Origin: Pseudomonadota bacterium
GTDB lineage: Bacteria; Pseudomonadota; Gammaproteobacteria; Pseudomonadales; Ketobacteraceae
Length of the DNA stretch: 64,000 bases
NCBI GenBank assembly: GCA_036337295.1
Contig: JAYZEN010000013.1
Span: 187,862-251,861 of the forward strand
Direction: 5' to 3'
Position 1 is the stretch's first letter. Every line of letters starts with the position of its first letter. The position numbers and the translations under genes are program-made. This document shows positions 38,567 to 47,704 of the stretch, one piece after another. The notes under the pieces are model-generated. The model did no database searches and had not been told where the DNA came from. It was given only the letters and a program-made list of their open reading frames with translations.

Positions 38567-39477
38567 CAGAGATTCGCTGCGCCCTGCAGGGAACAACTGG
38601 TGATGGCCTGCACCAGGGCTTCGATGGCCTTGGGTCGGGAGAAGCGTTTGCGCGACACCAGGGACACCCGGCGATAGGGCGTCTTGCCGGCAAACGGGCG
38701 CTCCACAATGGTGTCACTGTCGTAGATGTGTTTGTCGGAGGAGGAGCTGGGCAGAATGGTGATACCGAGACCGGATGCCACCATGTGTCTCAGGGTTTCC
38801 AAAGAGGTGCCCTGGGGCAGGCTGGTTTCGTCACTGTGTTTGAGAATGCCGGGGCAGGCGTTCAGTACCTGATCGCGAAAGCAATGGCCTTCCCCCAGCA
38901 TGAGGATGTTTTCTTTTTCCAGCTGCTTGCGGGTGACCTTTTCCTGCTTGGCCAGGGGGTGCCCCGCCGGAATCAGCACTTCGAACGGCTCGTCGTAAAG
39001 ATCCTGGATTTCCACATCCGGTTCTTCAAACGGCAGCGAGATGATGATGGCGTCCAGCTCTCCGTTACGCAGTTTCTGGCGCAGCACCGCAGTGTAGTTT
39101 TCTTCCAGAATCAGCGGCATTTCCGGCGCAATGGGTTTGATGTTGCGAATCAGGTGGGGGAACAGATACGGGCCCACAGTGAAGATCGCCCCGATGCGCA
39201 GGGGCAGGTTGATCTGGCCTTTGCCTTCCTGGGCGATCTGCTTGACCAGCTCGGCCTCTTCCAGCACTTTGCGGGCCTGGGCCACGATGCGCTCGCCGGC
39301 CATGGTCACCCGCACGTCGGAACGATTGCGTTCGAAGATGGTCACATCCAGTTCATCTTCGAGCTTTTTAATGGCCACACTCAAGGTGGGCTGGCTGACA
39401 AAACACCGTTCAGCGGCGCGGCGGAAATGGCGTTCCTGGGCCAGGGTCACGATGTATCTCAATTCGGTCAGTGTCAT
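38566..39477 (-). CDS. oxyR: LysR-family hydrogen-peroxide sensor OxyR
   Basis: N-terminal HTH (MTLTELRYIVTLAQERHFRRAAERCFVSQPTLS) and the redox Cys region (GHCFRDQVLNACP), collinear with E. coli OxyR. Confidence 0.85.
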   Translation of the reverse strand: MTLTELRYIVTLAQERHFRRAAERCFVSQPTLSVAIKKLEDELDVTIFERNRSDVRVTMAGERIVAQARKVLEEAELVKQIAQEGKGQINLPLRIGAIFTVGPYLFPHLIRNIKPIAPEMPLILEENYTAVLRQKLRNGELDAIIISLPFEEPDVEIQDLYDEPFEVLIPAGHPLAKQEKVTRKQLEKENILMLGEGHCFRDQVLNACPGILKHSDETSLPQGTSLETLRHMVASGLGITILPSSSSDKHIYDSDTIVERPFAGKTPYRRVSLVSRKRFSRPKAIEALVQAITSCSLQGAANL

Positions 39478-39597
39478 GGAATATCCGTTCGATTGGGTAA
39501 TGATATGGCTGGTCACGATGAGTTTTACACGATAGCATATGGCGATTGCAACCATAAGAATTGAATAAATTTAACTATCAGGGGAAGACACCGGCAC

Positions 39598-40452
39598 ATG
39601 GCGCGAATATTGTTGGCGGGATGCGGCTCAATCGGCACCCAACTGGGACTGCAATTGCAGAACGCCGGGCATCAGGTGTGGGGGCTGAAACGCTCCCCGG
39701 ACACCCTGCCGTTCCCGGGCTTGCAGGGGGATCTGGGTCAACCTTTGGCCAGTACGCTGCTGCCGCCCGCACTGGACTACGTGATTCACACCGGCACCCC
39801 CGCCGAGCGCAGCGACGCAGGTTATCGCGCCGGCTACCCCCTGGCAGTGCAGCACCTGCTGGATGCCCTGGGGGAGCAGCGCTTGCAGCGGTTCATTTTT
39901 GTCTCCAGCACCGCGGTGTATGCCCAGGATGACGGCAGCTGGGTGGATGAGACCAGCGCCACCGAACCCCAGGCTTATAATGGCCGACGGGTGCTGGAAG
40001 CCGAACGGCTGGTGCAGGCTTCGGCGCAAACGGCCACCTGTGTGCGCTTTGGCGGCATTTATGGCCCCGGGCGCAACTGGCTGCTGCGTCGGGTCCAGGG
40101 GGGCGCCGACGTTCAGGTGGAGCCACCCAAATACACCAACCGCATCCATCAGGATGACTGTGTCGGCGTGCTTGCTCATCTTTTGCAATTGGCAGAACAG
40201 CGCGCGACACTGGCCGAGTGCTATTTGGCGGTAGACGACGATCCGGCCGATGAAGCCAGTGTCTGCAGCTGGTTGGCGCAACAATTGAAAGCACCGCAGC
40301 CCACCCCCAATAACCCGACAGACACACCGCCGGCGCAGAACAAACGCTGCCGCAATCAGCGCCTGCGCAACAGCGGCTATGCATTTCAGTATCCTTCCTT
40401 TCGGGAAGGCTACCAGGATGTTCTGCGCGGCCAAGCTGAATCTACGCACTGA
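39598..40452 (+). CDS. NAD(P)-binding SDR/epimerase-family protein
   Basis: N-terminal Rossmann motif ILLAGCGSIG. 284 aa. Confidence 0.55.
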   Translation: MARILLAGCGSIGTQLGLQLQNAGHQVWGLKRSPDTLPFPGLQGDLGQPLASTLLPPALDYVIHTGTPAERSDAGYRAGYPLAVQHLLDALGEQRLQRFIFVSSTAVYAQDDGSWVDETSATEPQAYNGRRVLEAERLVQASAQTATCVRFGGIYGPGRNWLLRRVQGGADVQVEPPKYTNRIHQDDCVGVLAHLLQLAEQRATLAECYLAVDDDPADEASVCSWLAQQLKAPQPTPNNPTDTPPAQNKRCRNQRLRNSGYAFQYPSFREGYQDVLRGQAESTH

Positions 40453-40478
40453 ATAAATTGAATAAAAGGAAACCATCC

Positions 40479-41084
40479 ATGTACCACACACTGTTTCGAC
40501 GATTTGCCCTGATCAGCGTGTTGCTGGGCAGCCTGTTGACCCTCAGCGGCTGCGGCATCAACAACATCCCCACGCTGGACGAACAGGTGAAGGCCGATTG
40601 GGCCCAGGTGCAGAACCAGTATCAACGGCGCGCCGACCTGATCCCCAACCTGGTGTCCACCGTCAAAGGCTATGCCGCCCACGAGCAGGAAACCCTGCAG
40701 GCGGTGGTGGAAGCCCGTGCCAAGGTAGGCTCCATGCAGGTGGACAGCAGCATTCTCAACAACCCGGAACAGCTGCAGCAGTTTGAAGCGGCGCAAGGTC
40801 AGCTCAGCAGCGCCTTAAGCCGCCTGATGGTGGTGGTGGAACGCTACCCCGACCTGAAAGCCAACCAGAACTTTCTGGCCCTGCAATCCCAACTGGAAGG
40901 CACCGAAAACCGCATCTCGGTGGCACGCCGTGATTTCATCCAGTCGGTGAGCGCGTATAACACTGAGATCCGCACCTTCCCCGGTCGCATCTGGCACAGT
41001 CTGCTGTACAGCGACATGCCCCTGCGCGAAACCTATGAAGCCACCACCAGCGGTGCCGAAGAAGCGCCCAAGGTGGAGTTCTGA
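40479..41084 (+). CDS. LemA family protein
   Basis: N-terminal TM/lipobox-like segment (LLTLSGC) and a LemA core (W.QVQNQYQRRADLIPNLV...). RBS AAAGGAAA. Confidence 0.8.
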   Translation: MYHTLFRRFALISVLLGSLLTLSGCGINNIPTLDEQVKADWAQVQNQYQRRADLIPNLVSTVKGYAAHEQETLQAVVEARAKVGSMQVDSSILNNPEQLQQFEAAQGQLSSALSRLMVVVERYPDLKANQNFLALQSQLEGTENRISVARRDFIQSVSAYNTEIRTFPGRIWHSLLYSDMPLRETYEATTSGAEEAPKVEF

Positions 41085-41785
41085 TGCTGCGCGCAACGCT
41101 GTTGCCACTGCTGCTGTGCCTGAGCACGCTTGGCAGTGTGAGCGCAGCCCCCAGTTTTCCGGCCCTCAGCGGGCGTGTGGTGGACCAGGCCAATATGCTG
41201 GCAAGCAGCACCGAACGCCGCCTCAGCCAGCAACTGCAAGCCCACGAAAACGCCACCGGCAATCAACTGGTGGTGGTCACTCTGCCCAACCTTCAAGGTT
41301 ACGACATTGAGACCTTCGGCTATCAGCTGGGGCGCCACTGGGGCATCGGCCAGAAAGGCAAGAACAACGGTGTGCTGTTCATCGTGGCGGAAAAGGAGCG
41401 ACGCATACGCATCGAAGGGGGCTATGGCCTGGAAGGCACCCTCACCGATGCCATCAGCGCCAACATCATTCAGACCATCGTGCAACCGGCCTTTAAACGA
41501 GGCCAATTTGAACAGGGCATCGAAGGCGGCACCAGCGCCATCATCCAGGCCTTGGGTGGCCAGTACCAAATGCGCAAAACCCAATCCAAAAGCAAGCTCA
41601 GTAACTGGATCATCATCCCCATCATTCTGTTCCTCATCTTGCGTGGCTTTGGCGGCCGCGGCGGCTTCGGCGGCAGACGGGGTGGGATCTACTATGGTGG
41701 TGGCGGCTTTGGCGGAGGTTCCGGTGGCGGCTTTTCCGGCGGCGGTGGCAGTTTTGGAGGCGGCGGCGCCTCGGGGGGATGGTAA
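41084..41785 (+). CDS. TPM-domain (YgcG-like) protein with Gly-rich C-terminal tail
   Basis: Signal peptide, TPM/TLP18.3 core (VVDQANML...QLVVVTLPNLQGYDIE...), TM, and a (GGGF/GGGS)n tail. Start overlaps the lemA stop. Confidence 0.75.
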   Translation: MLRATLLPLLLCLSTLGSVSAAPSFPALSGRVVDQANMLASSTERRLSQQLQAHENATGNQLVVVTLPNLQGYDIETFGYQLGRHWGIGQKGKNNGVLFIVAEKERRIRIEGGYGLEGTLTDAISANIIQTIVQPAFKRGQFEQGIEGGTSAIIQALGGQYQMRKTQSKSKLSNWIIIPIILFLILRGFGGRGGFGGRRGGIYYGGGGFGGGSGGGFSGGGGSFGGGGASGGW

Positions 41786-42402
41786 TGGCTTTATTCACGG
41801 AATCCGAACTGAAACAGGTGGCGGATGCCATCAACAACGTAGAGCAGCATACGGATGCAGAGTTGGTGGCGGTGCTGGCCCGCCAGTCCGACGATTACGT
41901 TTACATCCCCACACTGTGGGCAGCCATCATCGCCTTGCTGCTGCCCCTGCTGCTGAAATTCACCCCCTTCTGGCTCAATGGCGAAGAGCTGCTGATGCTG
42001 CAGTGGTTTAACTTTATTGCCCTGGCGCTGCTGTTCCGCGTGCCCCCGATCATGATGAGCCTGGTGCCCAAATCCGTAAAACGCTGGCGCGCCGCCAACC
42101 TGGCCCGACGCCAGTTTTTGGACAACAACCTGCACCACACCAAAGGCGAAACCGGGGTGCTGATATTCATCGCAGAAGCTGAGCATTACGTTGAAATCAT
42201 CGCCGACCGCGGCATCAGTCAGCATGTAGCCAATGACCAGTGGCAGGGCATCGTGGATGATCTGGTGGCCAGCATCAAACGCAAAGACACCCTGACGGGG
42301 ATGCTGAAATGCATCGAGGCCTGCGGTGAAAAATTAAAACAACACGCCCCGGCTACGGAAAGCAAGAATGAGTTGCCGAATCACTTGGTGGTGCTGGGGT
42401 AA
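41779..42402 (+). CDS. TPM-domain membrane protein
   Basis: LTESELKQVADAINNVEQHTDAELVAV is a TPM N-terminal motif, followed by TM segments. Forms an operon with lemA. Confidence 0.7.
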   Translation: MVMALFTESELKQVADAINNVEQHTDAELVAVLARQSDDYVYIPTLWAAIIALLLPLLLKFTPFWLNGEELLMLQWFNFIALALLFRVPPIMMSLVPKSVKRWRAANLARRQFLDNNLHHTKGETGVLIFIAEAEHYVEIIADRGISQHVANDQWQGIVDDLVASIKRKDTLTGMLKCIEACGEKLKQHAPATESKNELPNHLVVLG

Positions 42403-42521
42403 CCGTACCGCCAAACATCAATAACACTTGCAGAACGCGACAACATTTCGGCCTGTTGCCGCTTCCCGCACGGTCGCGCCCGTATAATTCAAGGACTTGC
42501 ATGATTTAGAGGGATTTAATT

Positions 42522-43061
42522 GTGACCAATAGACTTTCAGGAATACTCATTCTTATCACGTTCCTTGCAACTGCGTTTTCTGCACAGGCAGATACGTTTC
42601 GTTCCCGCGTAGTCACTGAAATCGACATCGATAAACCCATCGCCGACGTATTTGACTATGCCACCACCGCAGGCAACTGGAAGCACTGGCACCCCAACAC
42701 CTTCAACGCCAGAGGTGCCACTGACCACTCAGCCACTGAAAATGAAGAAATCATTGAAATATTGAAGCTGGGCTTCGTGGTGGGCCCACGCTTGTATTGG
42801 ACCGTCGCCGAACACACCGTGCCGAACAAGTGGCGACTGCTTGGGAAAGATCGAGCCGGGTTAATCAACGTGGAACTCACCTATACCTTTAGTATGAATG
42901 AAGACGGCTCCACCCGTTTTCGTCGAAAAATGATCTTGGATATACCCAAAGACCTGCTTCGCAACCCGATTAACGCGCTTGTGTTTATCGCTTATAACAG
43001 AAGAACATCCGCCAAAGCGCTGCGCCAGCTTAAGTCTGTGATCGAAGCTGATCCGATGTAG
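42522..43061 (+). CDS. SRPBCC (polyketide-cyclase/START-like) family protein
   Basis: Signal peptide and ~150-aa SRPBCC-like core (PIADVFDYATTAGNWKHWHP). Confidence 0.5.
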   Translation: MTNRLSGILILITFLATAFSAQADTFRSRVVTEIDIDKPIADVFDYATTAGNWKHWHPNTFNARGATDHSATENEEIIEILKLGFVVGPRLYWTVAEHTVPNKWRLLGKDRAGLINVELTYTFSMNEDGSTRFRRKMILDIPKDLLRNPINALVFIAYNRRTSAKALRQLKSVIEADPM

Positions 43062-43068
43062 TACCCGA

Positions 43069-43977
43069 TTATTCACCCAGGTCGATTTTCCTGAGCAGCG
43101 TTTCCAATTGCTGCTCAAAATCCTGGGGTTTGGAATCGACTCGAAAATAGAAAGGGGGGCGCCCCTGCCAATCCTCCGACCAGACGGCATCGCGCCCCTG
43201 TTCCATGAACTTCACTATGGCAATCAGCACATTGTCCTGCAGGATTCGGGCGTTCATCAGCGGGTTGCCGGAGGGTTGCAGTGGGTAGTACACCAGCCAG
43301 GGGCGTGCGTTTTCGTCCTTGGGGTCCAAGCGCCTTAGGTACAGATAAAGCGACTGAAAATTGCTGAAGTAGGAAAATTTCTCATAGCGCTGCGCCCATA
43401 CCTCACCGGAACGCCACGTATAGACAATGCGGCGCTCACGGTCGAAAAACAGCGGTGCATGGCGCCGCATGGACACTGACCAGGCACCCAGGAAGAGAAG
43501 GATGGTAATGGGTATGGACGTCATCAGAATGTCGGTTTGGCGGGTTCGGTCCGGATAGGCGTAGAAATTATGACTGTAACGCATCTGAGTCATGTACGTC
43601 ATGAAGGGAAGGGTTCGACCCTCAAAGACGGCGACAAACTTCTGTAGAGATTTACTATCTGACGCCGTTAGATAGTCCTCTCCATGCTTTTCTATTTCCA
43701 GGTCTATCCGCCACAACCCCCTTTGCTCCGCGCCTTTCCAGGAACGATAGACATCCTCCCCCTGCAGACACAGCACCGCCACCATGCCCAGCATCCAGGG
43801 AATAAAGAACATATTACGCACGGCGACATAATTGTCTTTAAACGCCAGAGTAAGTTGATCAATCCCCAGAATCGGAGGCGTCGGCTTTTTGAAACGCGGC
43901 AACTCGCGGCTCAGTAACTGTGCTGACTCATCAGCGAGCGGCTTGGCAGCTGGCAGGCTCTTTACAGTTCTCAACAT
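43069..43977 (-). CDS. membrane protein, putative T6SS immunity protein for the upstream effector
   Basis: 302 aa, two predicted TM helices (FFIPWMLGMVAVLCL; ILMTSIPITILLFLGAW). Last gene of the vgrG operon, 9 nt after the effector stop. Confidence 0.5.
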   Translation of the reverse strand: MLRTVKSLPAAKPLADESAQLLSRELPRFKKPTPPILGIDQLTLAFKDNYVAVRNMFFIPWMLGMVAVLCLQGEDVYRSWKGAEQRGLWRIDLEIEKHGEDYLTASDSKSLQKFVAVFEGRTLPFMTYMTQMRYSHNFYAYPDRTRQTDILMTSIPITILLFLGAWSVSMRRHAPLFFDRERRIVYTWRSGEVWAQRYEKFSYFSNFQSLYLYLRRLDPKDENARPWLVYYPLQPSGNPLMNARILQDNVLIAIVKFMEQGRDAVWSEDWQGRPPFYFRVDSKPQDFEQQLETLLRKIDLGE

Positions 43978-43986
43978 TCAGACCTT

Positions 43987-46900
43987 TCAGGCAACTTCAT
44001 CATTGATCATACCGACCACAGGACTCTCAATCAGACCGTCGTCCGTCAGATAGCGCATCGGTACGACTGTGTTGGGGGTGGGTTTATAGGCCCAAAACAA
44101 TTCAATATCCTCCTGGGCGTCGAACTCCACCAATACATTCGTAAAACCATCCCGCTCTTCAAACCTGGCGGCTTCTATAGCTTCGCCTAACTTGGCCGTC
44201 AACGCCTTATTCTCCCGCCACACACCGGCACTGAAAACATTAAAATCAATATGACGAGTACGTACCTCATACATAATATCGGACACACCGATCTGAAATC
44301 TGGGCAACGAGAACTTTAATGAGAACGTTCTAGTATCACCGGAGGTATCAAACCAACCCTCTGTATCCGAAAGTTCCAGCGTTGGCATGTTCAGGTAGTT
44401 CATAAACTCCTGTAATTCAACTTTGTACGCAGACAGCACCATCGGATTACTCGCCATCTCTTTGGCATCTTCAATACGGTCTGCAACGTCAGGCCGGTCG
44501 TCCTCGAATTCCCAAAACCCATATTTACTGCTCACACCCCAGAAGCAATTTTCCAACAACCGCTGGAAATCCGACTTCCCATATATCCACAGCAGTGCCG
44601 CACCTGTCCCCATACACAATAACCCGACCACTATTACAACCAGGCCGGGGGGAGCCCCGACCCCAGTCGCAGTGGCACCGCCACCGGCAGCCGCTGCGGC
44701 CGCGCCTACACCTTGGAGAGTGGCCAGTATAATGGCAATAGAACCCACTGCCAGCACAAAGTGCCCAGCCGCTTCACCTCGATTGTCGCCCTGCCAGGAG
44801 TTGATGCCGTTCCAGACCGAAGCAGTAGCCGAGGCAAAATTTGCTACCACGATGACACGGGAAAACAGCTGTGACTTCAACAAGGTGCCCAGCACCGAGG
44901 CTCGATCACTCAGTTTCGGTGCCAGGGAGGCGATTACCTGATTGGATGCCTGCGCTGAAGCACTTGCCGAGACGCCCACCGCAGCTCGGCTGATGGTCAA
45001 CACATCCACCGTCAACGACGTCACGGCGGAGGCGAATTGAATCAGGCCATGCACAGTATGCCCCCGCTGCAAAGGGTCATTATCGTAATAGTCCGCCTGC
45101 AAATACAAGTCATAGATCACGCGGCAGTTGGCGTAAGCGGATAAACCCGCAAAGCCGGACTCTGCCGCCACCCCAATACCCTCACCCACACTTTTCGGCA
45201 CCACAAAAGAGAATCGCTTTCCAGGCAGGCGGGTAATCTCGATTTCTGACAGTTCCACATAACGGGGTATGGTGGTCTTTTTGGTTTTTTGTCCCCAATC
45301 AAACATCTTCTGGGCACGGGACAGTGCCTTTTCTGCCGCCTTTAATACATCATCCCCTGCTGTCCCCGGGTAAGACCGGGCGGACGCTTCAATCTGCTCC
45401 GCCAGAATCTGCCCCAACTTCTCCGGCGTATACCGTACTCGATTGGCATTATCCACCGTTATGCCCATAGCCTTGTGCACATAGGGAATGACCTGATTGA
45501 CGGTGTACTTGTAAACATTGGCCAGAAAGCGATTCTTGGCCCGCACCGACACCTGTGCCTCATAAATGGAGAACACTGCAATTTTGGCCCACAGCGGGCC
45601 CAGTTGCTGCAGCAGTTTATCCATTGGGACGCCCACCTTGGCCGCCCAATCTACGGTGTCCTGCGGTGCAGTCACTATGCCTTTGAACACACCAAAAAAC
45701 GCCACATAGGCATTCTTGTCGTTGTTGAAGTCTTCAAGTATTTTTTCTATAACGGAATTGCCCCGGTCAGAGGACAGTATTCCATTGAAAATACCCGCAC
45801 CAATCTCACACAGTTTGGCCAACTCCGCGGTTGCTTCATCCCCTTTCGCGGTATCCTGACAAAAGAATTTCTGGAAATAGTTGTCCAGAGAACCGACCTT
45901 ACCGGTCACCCCCGCGCCGTGCATGAACGCACGATAGAGTTCCACAAACTGTTCCTGTCGGGCCGCAAAGTCCTTGAACTCCTGATCAATTCCAGCCCAG
46001 TATTGATCGTAATCCCCCCAATTTATCGATTCCTTCAGTACATCCTGCAGCGCTTCATCGTTGGATTGTTTCAGCTGCCCCACTAGCTGCCCAATGGTAA
46101 ATGGATAAAGATTCTGCGATGCATAGGCCTTCTCCCACAGCGCCAACTTGGCGTGCACCTCGGCAATGTCTCTTTGTCTGCCGACCGGATCATGCAATGC
46201 CACCACGCGGGCGGTTTCACCCGGTTTGGTTTTGCGTCTCAGCGCCAGTGCAATCTGGTCCGCATCCATGTCGTAGCTGGACTGAGTCGTCAGCACGTCG
46301 AGCGCCAGGTCTTTCACACTGGGATCTGTACTGCTGTTTTTTATCCGTAACAGGCGCGCCTTCTGTTCCCGATAATCCTCAACCAGGCGCGCCAGATTCT
46401 CCGCAGTGGCCGGCACCGCCGCCGGATCGTCGCTCTTAAGCTTGATCCTTTGCATGGACGCAGCCCGCTCACCCGCATCTCCGTTCATTTTATCGATGAT
46501 ATCGGGATGCCACTCGTGCTCACTATACGCAATACTGATTTCAGTGACCTCCTTGCGCACAAAAACGAAGGGATAGCCTCCTTTGACGCCCCCCGATGTA
46601 TCCTCTTTAAGACCACCCTGGGCATTCACTCCATTAGCGAACTGGTATTTTGGAAAACGCTCTTCCAGCTGCCCGTTATTCTCCACCGGTGCATATTTAA
46701 AGATCTGGAAGTGGCCGCCGTTCGGGCCATCTTCTTCCCGTATATAAATCCAACCAGGTCGCAACAATCTTGGCACATAGCCGTTGGTACTGTTCAGGTC
46801 TGCCGCATCCAGCATGGCCGAGAGTGGAGGTGGTTCCGTTGGCGCGAGCAACGACTCCTCAAAGAAGTTTGCATAGGCGTAGCGCACCGGATAGATCGGG

Positions 46901-46995
46901 GTAACGATCGTACCCACAACCAGGGTATTGACTTCGTTCAATGCTACGGGCCTGGGCTCAACACCAGCAGCGGGCGGGGTTTGATTGGTGGTCAT
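43987..46995 (-). CDS. large T6SS cargo effector candidate with C-terminal transmembrane hairpins (VasX-like membrane-disrupting toxin)
   Basis: 1002 aa. No enzymatic motif is recognisable. C-terminal third has two strongly hydrophobic Gly/Ala-rich helices (HFVLAVGSIAIILATLQGVGAAAAAAGGGATATGVGAPPGLVVIVVGLLCMGTGAALLWIY). Sits downstream of vgrG in the same operon. Confidence 0.55.
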   Translation of the reverse strand: MTTNQTPPAAGVEPRPVALNEVNTLVVGTIVTPIYPVRYAYANFFEESLLAPTEPPPLSAMLDAADLNSTNGYVPRLLRPGWIYIREEDGPNGGHFQIFKYAPVENNGQLEERFPKYQFANGVNAQGGLKEDTSGGVKGGYPFVFVRKEVTEISIAYSEHEWHPDIIDKMNGDAGERAASMQRIKLKSDDPAAVPATAENLARLVEDYREQKARLLRIKNSSTDPSVKDLALDVLTTQSSYDMDADQIALALRRKTKPGETARVVALHDPVGRQRDIAEVHAKLALWEKAYASQNLYPFTIGQLVGQLKQSNDEALQDVLKESINWGDYDQYWAGIDQEFKDFAARQEQFVELYRAFMHGAGVTGKVGSLDNYFQKFFCQDTAKGDEATAELAKLCEIGAGIFNGILSSDRGNSVIEKILEDFNNDKNAYVAFFGVFKGIVTAPQDTVDWAAKVGVPMDKLLQQLGPLWAKIAVFSIYEAQVSVRAKNRFLANVYKYTVNQVIPYVHKAMGITVDNANRVRYTPEKLGQILAEQIEASARSYPGTAGDDVLKAAEKALSRAQKMFDWGQKTKKTTIPRYVELSEIEITRLPGKRFSFVVPKSVGEGIGVAAESGFAGLSAYANCRVIYDLYLQADYYDNDPLQRGHTVHGLIQFASAVTSLTVDVLTISRAAVGVSASASAQASNQVIASLAPKLSDRASVLGTLLKSQLFSRVIVVANFASATASVWNGINSWQGDNRGEAAGHFVLAVGSIAIILATLQGVGAAAAAAGGGATATGVGAPPGLVVIVVGLLCMGTGAALLWIYGKSDFQRLLENCFWGVSSKYGFWEFEDDRPDVADRIEDAKEMASNPMVLSAYKVELQEFMNYLNMPTLELSDTEGWFDTSGDTRTFSLKFSLPRFQIGVSDIMYEVRTRHIDFNVFSAGVWRENKALTAKLGEAIEAARFEERDGFTNVLVEFDAQEDIELFWAYKPTPNTVVPMRYLTDDGLIESPVVGMINDEVA

Positions 46996-47025
46996 GTTGG
47001 GTTCCAGTGCGGATGATGCGTTTAA

Positions 47026-47682
47026 TCAACACCCAAAATCTTTTTGGGCAGCATGATAGATGTCGGGTGATGGTTGTCCATCTACGGTCATATTGCAGGC
47101 GGCCTGATACGACATTATTCCTTCTTTGGTACGCCTGCCATAAATGCCATCGACTACACCACAATCGTGCCCAAGGCTGTTGAGCCTGGCTTGCAAACCG
47201 GCGAGCGTATCGGCAGGATCAAGGTGCGCCAATTGCAGTTCGAATCGATGGCTGGGCTCTGCCATGTCTGGATCATCAAACACGTCCAGGTGCATGACTT
47301 TGACATTGGGATCATCCACTTCGAGTTTGAGCGTGCCGTCTGTACCGCTGACCACCGGCTTCTTGTTTCCATTGATGGAAAGCTCAGCAGGGACTTTGCT
47401 TTTGGGTCGTCCACTTTCATCCAGCAGGCGTAGCGTGAGCTTCTGCGTTTCCCGATCCACATAAAAAACATGATGAGCACCGGTTCGAACCGTGACACTT
47501 TTGCTTTCAGTTTGCGGGATCTGGATTTCATCACCGGCACAAATGATATTGGGGTTGGGTCGCTTTTTTCGAAACGCGGCATTGGCGTCATGAAAGTAAA
47601 TATCCCGCCAATTTGCGATCTTATGCTGGCGGGCGATGGTGAAGAGGTTTTCGCCTTGCTGAACGATATGAGTGGTTGGCAT
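47026..47682 (-). CDS. LysM plus peptidoglycan-binding (PG_binding_1-like) domain protein
   Basis: N-terminal LysM (HIVQQGENLFTIARQH...ICAGDEIQIP). C-terminal LQARLNSLGHDCGVVDGIYGRRTKEGIMSYQAACNMTVDGQPS is a PG-binding repeat. Confidence 0.7.
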   Translation of the reverse strand: MPTTHIVQQGENLFTIARQHKIANWRDIYFHDANAAFRKKRPNPNIICAGDEIQIPQTESKSVTVRTGAHHVFYVDRETQKLTLRLLDESGRPKSKVPAELSINGNKKPVVSGTDGTLKLEVDDPNVKVMHLDVFDDPDMAEPSHRFELQLAHLDPADTLAGLQARLNSLGHDCGVVDGIYGRRTKEGIMSYQAACNMTVDGQPSPDIYHAAQKDFGC

Positions 47683-47704
47683 GGTTTCAGGTCTTCAAAT
47701 GAAT

